In this document: positions 18,936 through 28,543 of the stretch, piece by piece | Position numbering within the stretch: the stretch's first letter is position 1 | Layout: every line of letters starts with the position of its first letter | IMG/VR virus record: IMGVR_UViG_3300045258_000102 | Coordinates: 1-64,000 of that record | Source of the DNA: a virus | Length of the DNA: 64,000 nt | Direction: 5' to 3' (one strand) | Translations under genes and position numbers: made by a program | The notes under the pieces: generated by a model | Seen by the model: the letters and a program-made list of their open reading frames with translations, nothing else | What the model was told of the DNA's origin: nothing | The model's database searches: none

Positions 18936-19793
18936 CTATGGAGCGAGCTGGGCCCAGCGCCACTTGTCGATCGTGCAGCCGGCAGCCGCCGCCAAGGCTC
19001 CGTTCATCCAGCCGATGATCGGGCCCATCTGGACGTCGTCGGGGAAGTCCGTGCCGGCCGTTGCCGAACCGACCGTGTGGGTGGCGACCGGGATGCCGTC
19101 GACGAAATAGGTCAGCACGTCGGCTTGGTGGTCGTACTTCATGCCGAGGTTCAGGTAGGTGTCGGCCACCGAAGTTGCAACTGCTGTCGTTCCCGTGACA
19201 GTTGTTTGGGTCGTGCCGTTAATTCCCACCGGTGCCACGCCGTTGGCCTGATACATGGCCTTCCAGGTGGCGGCCGACCCGATCTTGAGGAAGCCGAGGA
19301 AGTTCTGGGTCGTGATGATCACGTCGCCGGTCGTGAGCGGAAGGCCCACAATCAGCGTTCCAGCGTCCATCAGTCCCACGCAGCAAGAGCCCGCGGTCGC
19401 AGCAGCCGAAGGAATGCAGAGCCGCGCTTCGCCCCAGAACTTGCCGACATTCGCGAGCTTGCTGATCCGGAAAGGCGTGACCAGCGTGCGGAGCGAGATC
19501 GAGAGGTCAGCCGTCGTCGTGGGCGACATCTTGAGTGCCCCGAACAGACCGGCTGTCGAATCGCTGACGTCCGTGAAGGCACCGCCCGCGGAACTGAAGC
19601 CGACGTAGCTGCCATAGTCGGCCGCGGTTGTCGGATCGGTCGTGGGCTTGGTCAAAAAGTCGCTCTCGAGCAAGCAGCCGCGCAGCGATCCATCGCGGAG
19701 CCGATTGACTTCGCAGTCGTACCAGATGCTGTTGCTGTAAGCGCCGGACGGCGCCTCGTTCTTATAGATCGAGTTTTGAGTCTGATTGGACAT
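18936..19793 (-). CDS. Minor capsid / decoration protein
   Basis: Directly after the major capsid gene and before the terminator; beta-sandwich-like composition. Confidence 0.65.
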   Translation of the reverse strand: MSNQTQNSIYKNEAPSGAYSNSIWYDCEVNRLRDGSLRGCLLESDFLTKPTTDPTTAADYGSYVGFSSAGGAFTDVSDSTAGLFGALKMSPTTTADLSISLRTLVTPFRISKLANVGKFWGEARLCIPSAAATAGSCCVGLMDAGTLIVGLPLTTGDVIITTQNFLGFLKIGSAATWKAMYQANGVAPVGINGTTQTTVTGTTAVATSVADTYLNLGMKYDHQADVLTYFVDGIPVATHTVGSATAGTDFPDDVQMGPIIGWMNGALAAAAGCTIDKWRWAQLAP

Positions 19794-19932
19794 GGAAGAT
19801 TCCTAAAAAAGCGTCTGGCGGCACGCCCCTGTGCCGCTGGTTCGGATCACCGGCCACATAGCCGGCGAGCCTGGGCCCCGTGCCCCCACGGTTCTGTTCG
19901 CCCCGGCAAGCCGGGACAGGGGACGCAAACCG

Positions 19933-20991
19933 CTACAGCGACGCAACGCCGTTACGGCGCCGATCGATGCAGAGATAGTTGTGGCGCAGGTCCGTGTAGA
20001 CCGCGTACTTGTTGTGCATTCCCGCCACCTTTTCAGCCTCATGCTCGTACAGGTACACGCCTTCCAGCACCGGTGTGATGAACGTGTCGGTATTGAAGAA
20101 GTACACCGGGTTCGTCGTGTCGGCATCCAGCGCCTGACACACGCGGAACGGGCTGCCGTTGAACGTGAGCGGGCCGCCCTGATTTCCACCCATCGGGTAG
20201 ATATCGCGGCCGAGGTTCTCGTTCTGCGACTCGCCGATTTCCTCGATCGTGCTCATCGTCGGCCGATTGAGCAGAATCCGATAACTGGTGAGGATGCTAG
20301 CCGACGTGTAGCTGTCGACCGCGATCGGCGTCTTGAACTTGGTGTAGAACGCCATGTCGCGAAGCTTCTTGATTAGGTCGCCCTTCGTGACGCTGACGTA
20401 CTTGACGTTGTAATTCTTATAATTCGAATTACCCGGCTTCGAGAGGTCGACGCCGGCCGCGGTCGTGAAGCCGGATGCGTACCCGCCGTTGAAGCCCGCC
20501 GTCCCTGCGCCCGTGTACTTCACGAGCCAATACTGAAGGCCCCACGGGACCGTGGGATCTGCAGCGTCCGGAGCGGCGAAGAACTTGTCTTCGAGCTTCT
20601 CAACCAGCGAGAGCAGCGCGCCATAGCGCTTGGCCTTCATCAAGTCGAAGACCTGTGCCTTACCGCGGTTGACCAGCATGTCGCGGCGGTCCCACGTGTA
20701 GTTCGTGGTCACGTCGCACCAACTGACGGAGATTTGCTCCATCAGGTCTTCGAAGTTCGGCGAGTCGACGTCCATGTAGCCGACGTACTTCGCCGCGTCG
20801 GGCGTCCGCGTCATCAAATTGCGCTGAACGCCACGTCCCGACTGGAACATGATCTTGTCCTTCTTGAACAAGATCGGGAACACTTCGTAGTCGACGAACT
20901 TCTGCGAGAGCGGCTGAAAACTGGGCGGACCGAGGTCGAGCTGTGTGCTCTTGGCCAAGTCCAAGTACGAATCGGCCATCATGGTGGTCAT
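19933..20991 (-). CDS. Major capsid protein (HK97 fold inferred)
   Basis: About 350 aa after the scaffold gene; C-terminal LCIDRRRNG pattern typical of phage MCPs. Confidence 0.85.
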   Translation of the reverse strand: MTTMMADSYLDLAKSTQLDLGPPSFQPLSQKFVDYEVFPILFKKDKIMFQSGRGVQRNLMTRTPDAAKYVGYMDVDSPNFEDLMEQISVSWCDVTTNYTWDRRDMLVNRGKAQVFDLMKAKRYGALLSLVEKLEDKFFAAPDAADPTVPWGLQYWLVKYTGAGTAGFNGGYASGFTTAAGVDLSKPGNSNYKNYNVKYVSVTKGDLIKKLRDMAFYTKFKTPIAVDSYTSASILTSYRILLNRPTMSTIEEIGESQNENLGRDIYPMGGNQGGPLTFNGSPFRVCQALDADTTNPVYFFNTDTFITPVLEGVYLYEHEAEKVAGMHNKYAVYTDLRHNYLCIDRRRNGVASL

Positions 20992-21019
20992 GGGTCGCGT
21001 TTCCTATGCTGGCCTGGAA

Positions 21020-22153
21020 CTACAGATAGTCGCCACCGGTGTCTTTTGGGCGCGTGCTGCCGATTTTGTCTGCGATGGCCGACTCGCGAGCGACTGCGCG
21101 CTCACGAGGGCCATCCTTCACAGGGCCGCGGCCTGTTGGCTTCGCGAGCGACTGTCGGTTGCGCTTCTGGACTTCGGCACGGACTTCGTTCCGGGCGGTT
21201 GTTTTAAGGATGTCGTGGTGCAGAGCCGCCAAAGCGCGGGCCTGCCTGTCGGCAATGGGTGAAACAGGCCGACCATTCGCTCGGTCGATCTGCTCACGCA
21301 ACATCGTCTCCTGCGCCAGCTTGATCCGATTCGCTCGTTGTGGGCTGTCGGCCGGGAGATCGTAAATCTCGCCCTTGCCGTATAGCTCGCGGAGCTCTTC
21401 GGGGACTGAGTTGCAGAAGGTATCCATGTCCCGCGTGAAGCGGGCAGCATCTTCAGCCTGAACGCGGCTGGTGAATTGGTTTTGTTGCTCGCGCAACTGG
21501 GCGTTTTCCGCCTCGACTCGATTCAGCTTGGTGACGATTGGATCAAAGAGACCGCTAATCGCCTCGATGGCTGACGGCTCGAAGATTTCCGGATCGAGTA
21601 GCTTGGCCTTGATCGCTTCGAATTCGGCGACCTCGGCGGAAGTCGGCTGCGCGGCCGAGACCTGCGCCGGTGCAGCCGGTTGCTGTGCTGGCGGCGCGGC
21701 TTGCTCGGCTGGCTGCGCCTCCTGCCCGCCCATGCTCGCTTTGAAAGCGGCGACTTCACGAGCGTCGATCACCCGCAGCGTTTGCTCGAGATTGGCTCGG
21801 CTGCCGAAGCCCTTGGCCTCTTCCGGCGTGATTTCGTAGCGACTGGCGCGAGCGAGGATCTCGGCGTCGAATTCGTCGGCTTCCGGCGTTTCGGCAACAG
21901 CTGCGGCTTCTGGCTCGGCGGGGGCTTCGGCGGCTTCGGCTTCCGGTGCCGCAGCATCTTCGACCGGAGTTTCCTCGGCAGCGTCATCGACCGGAGCGTC
22001 GTCGATCGGCTGATCGTCGAGATCATCAACCGGCGGCTGGCCGTAATTCGGATCGACCGCGTCGTACTGGTTTTCAGCCGGCGCGTTCTGCGTGGTCGAG
22101 GGATCGGCTTCGGCGACTGCGCTGCCGGGTTGGTCGCTGGTGGCTGTTGACAT
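21020..22153 (-). CDS. Capsid scaffolding protein
   Basis: Acidic, disordered N-terminus and coiled coil; lies between portal and MCP; start MSTATSDQ. Confidence 0.75.
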   Translation of the reverse strand: MSTATSDQPGSAVAEADPSTTQNAPAENQYDAVDPNYGQPPVDDLDDQPIDDAPVDDAAEETPVEDAAAPEAEAAEAPAEPEAAAVAETPEADEFDAEILARASRYEITPEEAKGFGSRANLEQTLRVIDAREVAAFKASMGGQEAQPAEQAAPPAQQPAAPAQVSAAQPTSAEVAEFEAIKAKLLDPEIFEPSAIEAISGLFDPIVTKLNRVEAENAQLREQQNQFTSRVQAEDAARFTRDMDTFCNSVPEELRELYGKGEIYDLPADSPQRANRIKLAQETMLREQIDRANGRPVSPIADRQARALAALHHDILKTTARNEVRAEVQKRNRQSLAKPTGRGPVKDGPRERAVARESAIADKIGSTRPKDTGGDYL

Positions 22154-22165
22154 GACGTGCCAATG

Positions 22166-22262
22166 AAAAAGGGGACCGGCGATTTTTGAATCGCGGTCCC
22201 CCTTCAAGGGCCGTCGTGAAGGCGACACAGCGGGGAGCTTATTCCCACCGTCGCCCTATTCA
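22166..22262 (-). promoter_or_regulatory. Structured leader with terminator-like hairpin ahead of the scaffold gene
   Basis: GGCGAC/GTCGCC stem, then a long stem 22169-22184/22189-22204 followed by a U-tract. Confidence 0.55.
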
Positions 22263-22300
22263 GGTTGGCCGCGGTTCAAAACCCGCGGTCCCATGGATTG

Positions 22301-22534
22301 TTACACCAGTTGTGTAATTTGGATGTCTCGTTCGCGAAGGATTGGCTTGCCGTTGCAGGTCATCTGCTCAGTGAGTCCCGGGTGCAAGTCGCGGCCGATG
22401 ACGGCGTTTTGCCGTTTCTGCAAGTCTTCCAGCTCGTAGTAAAGCTGATCGCTGACCACGAAGTGGGTCACCCCGCGCGCCGCGAGCGTCCGCATGGCTC
22501 CGACGATCTGCTTCTCTCTTTCGGTTCGTTCCAT
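22301..22534 (-). CDS. Hypothetical protein
   Basis: In-operon ORF MERTEREKQIVG. Confidence 0.55.
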   Translation of the reverse strand: MERTEREKQIVGAMRTLAARGVTHFVVSDQLYYELEDLQKRQNAVIGRDLHPGLTEQMTCNGKPILRERDIQITQLV

Positions 22535-22540
22535 AGTGGC

Positions 22541-22570
22541 ATCTTGGAAACTATTCCCGCGATTTGTCAA
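22541..22570 (-). promoter_or_regulatory. Possible internal promoter TTGACA-N18-CAAGAT
   Basis: Consensus -35 in an intergenic gap; resembles the 35621-35650 promoter (ATTTGACAAA...TAGTTT). Confidence 0.4.
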
Positions 22571-22594
22571 ATGGGGCTGGCGCGGTTTGTGGGG

Positions 22595-22981
22595 CTAGAC
22601 GTCGACGTACCGCTGTGGTGAAGCGTCGCCGTAGCCGCCGGATCGGTCGAAAAATCCGAACACCTGACAATGTTTTTTGCGGTGTGCCCTGTCGCGGAAG
22701 ATGGCGCGGCCGTCGGGCGTGTACTCGGTGTTAATCCCATGCTGCCGAGCAAGCGCCTTGGCCTCTTCGATTTGGTCAGGGTGGACGCCGGCGGCATTTG
22801 AGTAGATTGGCCACTTGGGAATCGACCGCCGCAGCCCCTTGCCGTTCGGCAGTTGGCCCTGCAGTTCCTCTCGGAATCGCTCGGCGTCGGCGCTGATTTC
22901 AGCGCAGATTGCTTGCTCGGTTTCCGGCGTGACCTCGACGACCTTTGTGCCGTCGTGGATGAATTTGCGTTTGTGTGCCAT
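22595..22981 (-). CDS. Hypothetical phage protein downstream of the portal
   Basis: In-operon ORF, 128 aa. Confidence 0.7.
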   Translation of the reverse strand: MAHKRKFIHDGTKVVEVTPETEQAICAEISADAERFREELQGQLPNGKGLRRSIPKWPIYSNAAGVHPDQIEEAKALARQHGINTEYTPDGRAIFRDRAHRKKHCQVFGFFDRSGGYGDASPQRYVDV

Positions 22982-22983
22982 CG

Positions 22984-24777
22984 CTACGCCCCTGCCGCCG
23001 GCGCGGCGGTCGCCTGCAATTCGGCCGGCTGCTGCGTCAAACCCATTAAGTGGCTAATTAAGACTTTGCTCTTTCCAGCTTCTGTCGCGCCAGAAGTGTT
23101 CACGCGGTTGTACGTCCGCGTCGTGTTCTGCGGCATCGCCGGCGGGTCAACTGGTCCGCGCTCGGGGTACTGCTCGCCTTGGGTGTAAACATTGATCCGC
23201 GCGATTTCCGGCGTGTGTAGGTAACGCGCGCATGTCTTGTCAAAGAATTCCCAATCAACCGTCTGGCCTTGCTGCATTCGCATTGGCAACGACGGCATGA
23301 GCACTTGCTCGACCCACTGGATGAGCGACTGTGCTTTCTCCGTTGGCGACCGCGCCGGCTCAGAGAACGGATTGACTTTGAAGTTGTAGTCGAAGAAGCG
23401 GCCCTTCTTTTGGTCTTGCGTAAACCGAATCGGAATCGAGTACGGCGTCCCTTCGATACTCTTGAGCAAGTTGTAATCTGATAGCGGGTCTGTCCACAGC
23501 CACCAGGCCATGCTTTGCAGTGCACCGGTGCGGAACTCCGACACGGTCTCTTGCATATCACGCACTTGGCTACTCGCGCTATTGGCGAGTAGCTCATCCT
23601 GGCCGACAGTCCGACTCTGCGCTCCGAGTCCGGCAAGAGAGCTGAGGTTGCCGCCGAAGTAGTCGGCGAGCGCTTTGGCCTGTAGCGCCATCGCGAGCGT
23701 TTTATCGTTCGCGCCGCCGTACGTGTATTCCTCACATTTGCCGTTTCCCTCGATGTAGATTGCCTGCCCATCTTCCGACTCGACAATTCTCTCACCGTCG
23801 TCCGCTGCGCTGCCCGGGACCGCCAGGATCGACTTCTGCCGATCGGCTTGCTGCGACGCCTTCACAAAATTTCGGTTCGTGATGTCGTGCAAATCCATCA
23901 GGCCGCCGATGAACCCAGTCGGGATGACGTTGCCCGGCACTCGCCCGATGCAACAGTCGTGATAAGGCCCGCGATCGGGACCTTCCCAGTTGAAATCATC
24001 GAGCGGGAGCCACGGCTGGTTGTCGACGCGAACAATAATTCGGTTTTCGAATGGCAGCCACAACTCCTGCAAAATCAAGTCGTCCTCGTAGTCATCGACG
24101 CGCGGGGTGTTGCCTTGGCTGAGCGACTCCGCGTGCCGGTCCATCGAATCTCCGGGCCGCCAATTAAAGTCTTGGCCGGCGGACTTCGGGATTTTGTCGC
24201 GAATTGCTTTGCTGAATGTTTTGTTGTAGACGACCCACTCGCGCGGAACTGAGTAGCGATGACCGATGTAACGCTGCTCCTGCCAGCTTTTAGCCCGCAT
24301 GTCGAGAATCGCGTCGGCCAGCAGTACTCGCTGGGCAAAAATATGGCCGGCACTGCGCAGGTAATCCTCTCCGCCGTCTGGCGTATCTTTGACGGTAATC
24401 CCGACTTTCATAATGCCCATCTTCAGGAGGGAGTCTAGGATCGTGCCGTTGGAAGAATCTTCAAAGCTGGTGCGGCGAATTTCTTCGTTGAGCGCCAGTT
24501 CCATGTCAGCCGCGCAGGGCTGCAGGTCTTTGTACGGGGTGTCGCACATGGATTGCAGGCCATGCGAACTTAGCTCCCGGTGAATGATCCGCAGCGCTAG
24601 CTCGGCCATGTTGATCGGCGTTGGCGTCGAAGAGCCGTCGTCGCCGTACTGCTGGCCGACAATCTGCTTGATATGCGAAACGACTTGCTTTTCGTGAGGC
24701 CGTTTTCTCTCGTCGCTCCACTGAATGGACTGGTCGAGCTTGGCCAAGTCTTGCAGATTTTGCGGATCGAACGGCAT
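22984..24777 (-). CDS. Portal protein (P22-like, inferred)
   Basis: 597 aa directly after TerL, with helical portal-like organisation. Confidence 0.8.
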   Translation of the reverse strand: MPFDPQNLQDLAKLDQSIQWSDERKRPHEKQVVSHIKQIVGQQYGDDGSSTPTPINMAELALRIIHRELSSHGLQSMCDTPYKDLQPCAADMELALNEEIRRTSFEDSSNGTILDSLLKMGIMKVGITVKDTPDGGEDYLRSAGHIFAQRVLLADAILDMRAKSWQEQRYIGHRYSVPREWVVYNKTFSKAIRDKIPKSAGQDFNWRPGDSMDRHAESLSQGNTPRVDDYEDDLILQELWLPFENRIIVRVDNQPWLPLDDFNWEGPDRGPYHDCCIGRVPGNVIPTGFIGGLMDLHDITNRNFVKASQQADRQKSILAVPGSAADDGERIVESEDGQAIYIEGNGKCEEYTYGGANDKTLAMALQAKALADYFGGNLSSLAGLGAQSRTVGQDELLANSASSQVRDMQETVSEFRTGALQSMAWWLWTDPLSDYNLLKSIEGTPYSIPIRFTQDQKKGRFFDYNFKVNPFSEPARSPTEKAQSLIQWVEQVLMPSLPMRMQQGQTVDWEFFDKTCARYLHTPEIARINVYTQGEQYPERGPVDPPAMPQNTTRTYNRVNTSGATEAGKSKVLISHLMGLTQQPAELQATAAPAAGA

Positions 24778-24829
24778 GTATTACTCGCTTTCGGTTCGGA
24801 GCGCATCGTGGTCGCTACTGGTGAATTTT

Positions 24830-26656
24830 TCAAGTTGGCCAGATGCCGATGGGGCGTTCGCCGCCCTGCTTCATTAGCTTTTGCGCCTTCTGTCGTCGCC
24901 ACTCAAACGAACCCTCGGGCGGCTTCCGATCTTCCTTCTCGCTCCGCTTGCGGATCTCACTGAACGCGCGCACGGCGAGCGCGTCGGCAATCACCATGTC
25001 GCCGTGGTTCTCGCCTTTGGCCGACGGGTCGGGAGTGCTTTTGCTGCGAGCGTGGATAATGCTGCCGTCCGTGTCGGTCACGTACTGCAGGCATTCACGC
25101 AGCGCAGCCTCGGAGCGGTTGAAGATCGATTGCTGCTTGAGCGCGACGAGGTACGAGTCGATGAGCGTCCGCTTCGTGTCTTTGTTGGTCCAGAAACCAG
25201 GCCGGTTGGTGCGTTCTTTGGCGTAGTCGGTCTCGTCCGACCGGCGGTAGAAGAAGCGGCGGTAGCCGCTGTCGACGATGACTTTGCCAAACGCGGCGCC
25301 TGGCCCGTTGGCCTCCCAGATGATAAACGCGTCGCCGAGCCAATAGGCCATGGCGAGCACGTACTGCGCGAAGTCAGCCGGAAACACCGCATTGGACGTG
25401 AACTGGGCGATTTTCTGGCCGGTGCTGACCTGCCAGGCGGCCGCGACCGAGTTGCTCGACTTTTCGGTGCCGCCGCCCTGCGCGATGTCGGCGCCAATCA
25501 CGATGTCCGACCAGTGCGAACGCGGACCGCGGTCGGGATCCGGGTCAAACCAAATCTGAAAATGCCCATCTGGCCGCTCAATCCATTCCGGTTTCTTCCA
25601 GCCGTCGGGGAAGACGAGCTCGCCGGTGTCTTTCGGCTTCGGCTTGATGGCGTATTTCTTGATCTGCGTTTCGATGACGTCGACCGGGAAGTACTGCCAG
25701 CCGCTCTTGAGATAGCCGATGTTCCAATTCCGCGCCATGTACTGCGGGTTCGGCGCGTCAACTTCGGCCGCGTCGTAGGCTGGGCTGCGCGTCTCGCCGT
25801 CGAGGATGAACTTGTAGCTGCGCGGGAACTTGTATTCTTTGTCGATGACGTCGAGCACGTAGCCGCCGCCTTCGTCGTCGTGCACTGACCGGTACATTCC
25901 GGCGCCTTTGATCGGGTGATCGTGCCAGTGCAACCGAATCACGCGGTCCGGACTATTGGCCATCAGCTTTTCGCGGATGTCGTAGTACGCGCCGCTGGCG
26001 CCTTCCGGCGTGCCGCCGAGGATTAGACAGTCGGTTGCCTCGGCGCAGGCGTCGATGATCGCGTAGTCGTCTTCGATCGCCGGGAACTCGTCGATAAAGA
26101 TAGCGGTTCGGCGACCACCGCGGCCGAAATCGGTGTTGGTCGACTCGCCGTCGATCTTCGAGTTGTTCGTGAGATTCTCGAAATGCAGATTCTTGCGTCC
26201 TATCGGCGGCACCATCCATTTCGGTAGCCGCGCGAGCAGGTAGTCGATCTTCGAGAACAGCGAATCATCGTCGCCTTCGACCGCCTTTTCCTTGCGGCTG
26301 CCGCACAGGAAGGTCCGATTCGAACGGAACAAAAAGTACCAAACAAAGACCGCTAGGATCAGCCAGGTCATTCCCATCGTCCTGGACTTTTCCAGCAGCA
26401 GTCGGTGCTTTCCGATCGCGCTGATGATCTTGAGCGCGGCGCGCTCTTGTGCTGGCCACAAAACGAAGAGCCGATTGGGGTTGTCTGGATAGCTCTTCGG
26501 ATTGAAAGTCCAGCAGTACGTGTTGATAAAATACACCGGATCGCGCGAGCACCTGATCCATTGCTCCTCTTGGAAGTCGACGTCGTGCTCCGCCCGCTCG
26601 AGGATCGCACGGCGATAGCGAGAATTCTTTTGCAGATTTGAGGGCGCGGCAATCAT
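24830..26656 (-). CDS. terL: Terminase large subunit
   Basis: Walker A-like EKSRTMGMTW, Walker B IFIDEF, nuclease motifs IGADIAQG and HGDMVIADALA. Confidence 0.92.
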   Translation of the reverse strand: MIAAPSNLQKNSRYRRAILERAEHDVDFQEEQWIRCSRDPVYFINTYCWTFNPKSYPDNPNRLFVLWPAQERAALKIISAIGKHRLLLEKSRTMGMTWLILAVFVWYFLFRSNRTFLCGSRKEKAVEGDDDSLFSKIDYLLARLPKWMVPPIGRKNLHFENLTNNSKIDGESTNTDFGRGGRRTAIFIDEFPAIEDDYAIIDACAEATDCLILGGTPEGASGAYYDIREKLMANSPDRVIRLHWHDHPIKGAGMYRSVHDDEGGGYVLDVIDKEYKFPRSYKFILDGETRSPAYDAAEVDAPNPQYMARNWNIGYLKSGWQYFPVDVIETQIKKYAIKPKPKDTGELVFPDGWKKPEWIERPDGHFQIWFDPDPDRGPRSHWSDIVIGADIAQGGGTEKSSNSVAAAWQVSTGQKIAQFTSNAVFPADFAQYVLAMAYWLGDAFIIWEANGPGAAFGKVIVDSGYRRFFYRRSDETDYAKERTNRPGFWTNKDTKRTLIDSYLVALKQQSIFNRSEAALRECLQYVTDTDGSIIHARSKSTPDPSAKGENHGDMVIADALAVRAFSEIRKRSEKEDRKPPEGSFEWRRQKAQKLMKQGGERPIGIWPT

Positions 26657-27558
26657 GCGACGTCTGAGTCCAGCTCGGCGATTTTCTCGGCCTCTTCAAA
26701 TTCCCGATCGAAGGAATTCAGCATTTCCATCTGCCGCCGACCATCGTCGGCATAGAGCGCCGCCTGCTCCATCAGTTTCTTGTCAGGGATCGTCTTCGAG
26801 ATGAACGTCGTGAGCATCCCGGCGTAGTTGCCGTCGCTCGCGCGGGCGTGACGCAACATGCGAAGCGCCGAGCGACCTGGGACATCGTCGGGCACGATCT
26901 CGGCCAGTGGCGTGTCGCCCATGTTGAACGCCCAGAGTGCGGCCTCGATCGGGCTGCACTTCTTGTCGATTGGAACTTGCGCTGTCAGTTCTTCGAAGGC
27001 GCGTCGCTCAGGATTCGGCTGAGCCTGGTTCTTTTTGATTTCCCTTGGATCCGGCCCGGGCTTCGGGATTGACGGCGGCGTCGGTTCCGGCTCGACCCCG
27101 GGAATATCGCCGTTGCGCTTCGCCTGCTCAGCGATGTACTTGGCCCAGGCGGCGGTCGAGTCGAACTCGAGCGGATCGCCATTGAGTGGCTTCATCTGCA
27201 TCCAGGCGAATCTTGGGCACCAGTTGCTGTCGTACCCTTCATCGAGCAGTTTCTGCCGGAGCGCGAGGTACTCGTCGTAGCGACCCTCCGCGTGCAGGCG
27301 TTTGTTGATCGCCGTCCGCCAATCCCGCTTTTTGAATCCTACTTTTTCCTTCGGAGCTTCCCCAGCGTTTTCGCCAGGTTGGCCTCGCGCTTGGTCTTCG
27401 TGCTCGCCGTCGAGCCCTCGGCTGTCACTTTGTTTGCGTACGCTGCGGTGGACATTCCCGCCGCGGCTGCCTTCTTTCGGAACGCGCCCTTGTTCTTGGT
27501 CGCTCCCGCGATCCAGTTTCTGGCCATCGAACTTCTCCTCGGGGTTGAGTGTGGACAT
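26653..27558 (-). CDS. Terminase small subunit-like protein (start uncertain; see the frameshift finding)
   Basis: ATGA-coupled to TerL; its first ~75 codons overlap a separate ORF in another frame. Confidence 0.55.
   Translation of the reverse strand: MSTLNPEEKFDGQKLDRGSDQEQGRVPKEGSRGGNVHRSVRKQSDSRGLDGEHEDQARGQPGENAGEAPKEKVGFKKRDWRTAINKRLHAEGRYDEYLALRQKLLDEGYDSNWCPRFAWMQMKPLNGDPLEFDSTAAWAKYIAEQAKRNGDIPGVEPEPTPPSIPKPGPDPREIKKNQAQPNPERRAFEELTAQVPIDKKCSPIEAALWAFNMGDTPLAEIVPDDVPGRSALRMLRHARASDGNYAGMLTTFISKTIPDKKLMEQAALYADDGRRQMEMLNSFDREFEEAEKIAELDSDVA
27339..27527 (-). CDS. Small basic phage protein (MARNWIAGATKNKGA...)
   Basis: Strong SD GAGGAG 7 nt upstream; resembles the WIxxAxKxxGA...A.LAxTL small basic proteins seen near terminases. 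Confidence 0.75.
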   Translation of the reverse strand: MARNWIAGATKNKGAFRKKAAAAGMSTAAYANKVTAEGSTASTKTKREANLAKTLGKLRRKK

Positions 27559-27574
27559 GATTTGTTTTCGTGGG

Positions 27575-28042
27575 CTAATTGGCCACAGTTTCCAGTGGCG
27601 CGAAATCAGCCAGCGCTCTGTAGAACGCGGTGTCGCGATCGATGCCGCCCTTCAATAGTCTCCACTTGGCTTTGCGGAAGTCTTCGTAACGTCCCTCGGC
27701 CTTGAGCCGTCGCGTTGCGTGCCACTTCGGCTCTCGTTCGAGATCGCCGGGCTTCCATTTGCAGGTCTTCTCCCAAGGCTTGAGCTTGAGCGGTGGCTCT
27801 TCGACGATGGGCTCAGGCTCGGGCTCCGGTTCAGCAGCTACCGCGGCAGCCGCCCGCTCGAGATTGTCCTTGTACTTCCGCACAGGTGTCGTGATTGCCC
27901 GCTCCCAATCCCAGCCTTGCTTGTTGACACGGTGCAGCACGCACGCCTGCGAAATGCCGTACTCCTTGCACCACTCGAAGAGCCGCATCTCGATGTCGTC
28001 GATTTTGACGAGGCGCGCGTTGACTGGGACTGCTGTCGGCAT
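27575..28042 (-). CDS. DNA-binding protein (NUMOD/HTH-like) with a TerS-paralogous C-terminus
   Basis: EWCKEYGIS...RVNKQGWDWERAITTP; RLKAEGRYEDF resembles RLHAEGRYDEY in 26653-27558. Confidence 0.65.
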   Translation of the reverse strand: MPTAVPVNARLVKIDDIEMRLFEWCKEYGISQACVLHRVNKQGWDWERAITTPVRKYKDNLERAAAAVAAEPEPEPEPIVEEPPLKLKPWEKTCKWKPGDLEREPKWHATRRLKAEGRYEDFRKAKWRLLKGGIDRDTAFYRALADFAPLETVAN

Positions 28043-28056
28043 GGTCGCCTCGACGA

Positions 28057-28539
28057 CTAAGAAATCTCTTCGACGATACAGTTTCCCGAGCATGTGATCG
28101 CGTCGGCCGGCGCAGACACCGAGACGATGAGTGCCTCTCCACGGCCGAAGACCGGTCGATCCTCGCCAAGTGGTAAAAATAAATATCCAGCCTGCTCGTT
28201 CATCGCCTCTGCGCGGATTGTCGTCAGCGTGCCGCCCCCAGCCGTCGCCTGCGCCGTATTCATCGTCGTCGCGGTAAGAACGGATGGCGGATCGATCGAG
28301 CTGTGCGGCGCGGGCGTCACAGCCGTGCCGCCCGATCCAGCCGTGTGACCAACGCCACGCTTGAGCAGCAAGTTGAGTCCCTCAGCCGCAGCGTCGCCCA
28401 CGTCGGACGACTGCCCCAGCGTAATCTCGTGCACGATGAAGGAGTAACCTCCGACTGCCGGAGACTTGATTTCAAAGGCGTCGAACGCCGCCGCAGGACT
28501 GACAACGGCGGTGAACGGAATCGAGTATTTGCGTCCCAT
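28057..28539 (-). CDS. Beta-sandwich virion accessory protein (paralog of 29813-30325)
   Basis: Shared PLG...PV...V(S/T)AP C-terminal pattern. Confidence 0.65.
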   Translation of the reverse strand: MGRKYSIPFTAVVSPAAAFDAFEIKSPAVGGYSFIVHEITLGQSSDVGDAAAEGLNLLLKRGVGHTAGSGGTAVTPAPHSSIDPPSVLTATTMNTAQATAGGGTLTTIRAEAMNEQAGYLFLPLGEDRPVFGRGEALIVSVSAPADAITCSGNCIVEEIS

Positions 28540-28543
28540 AGTT

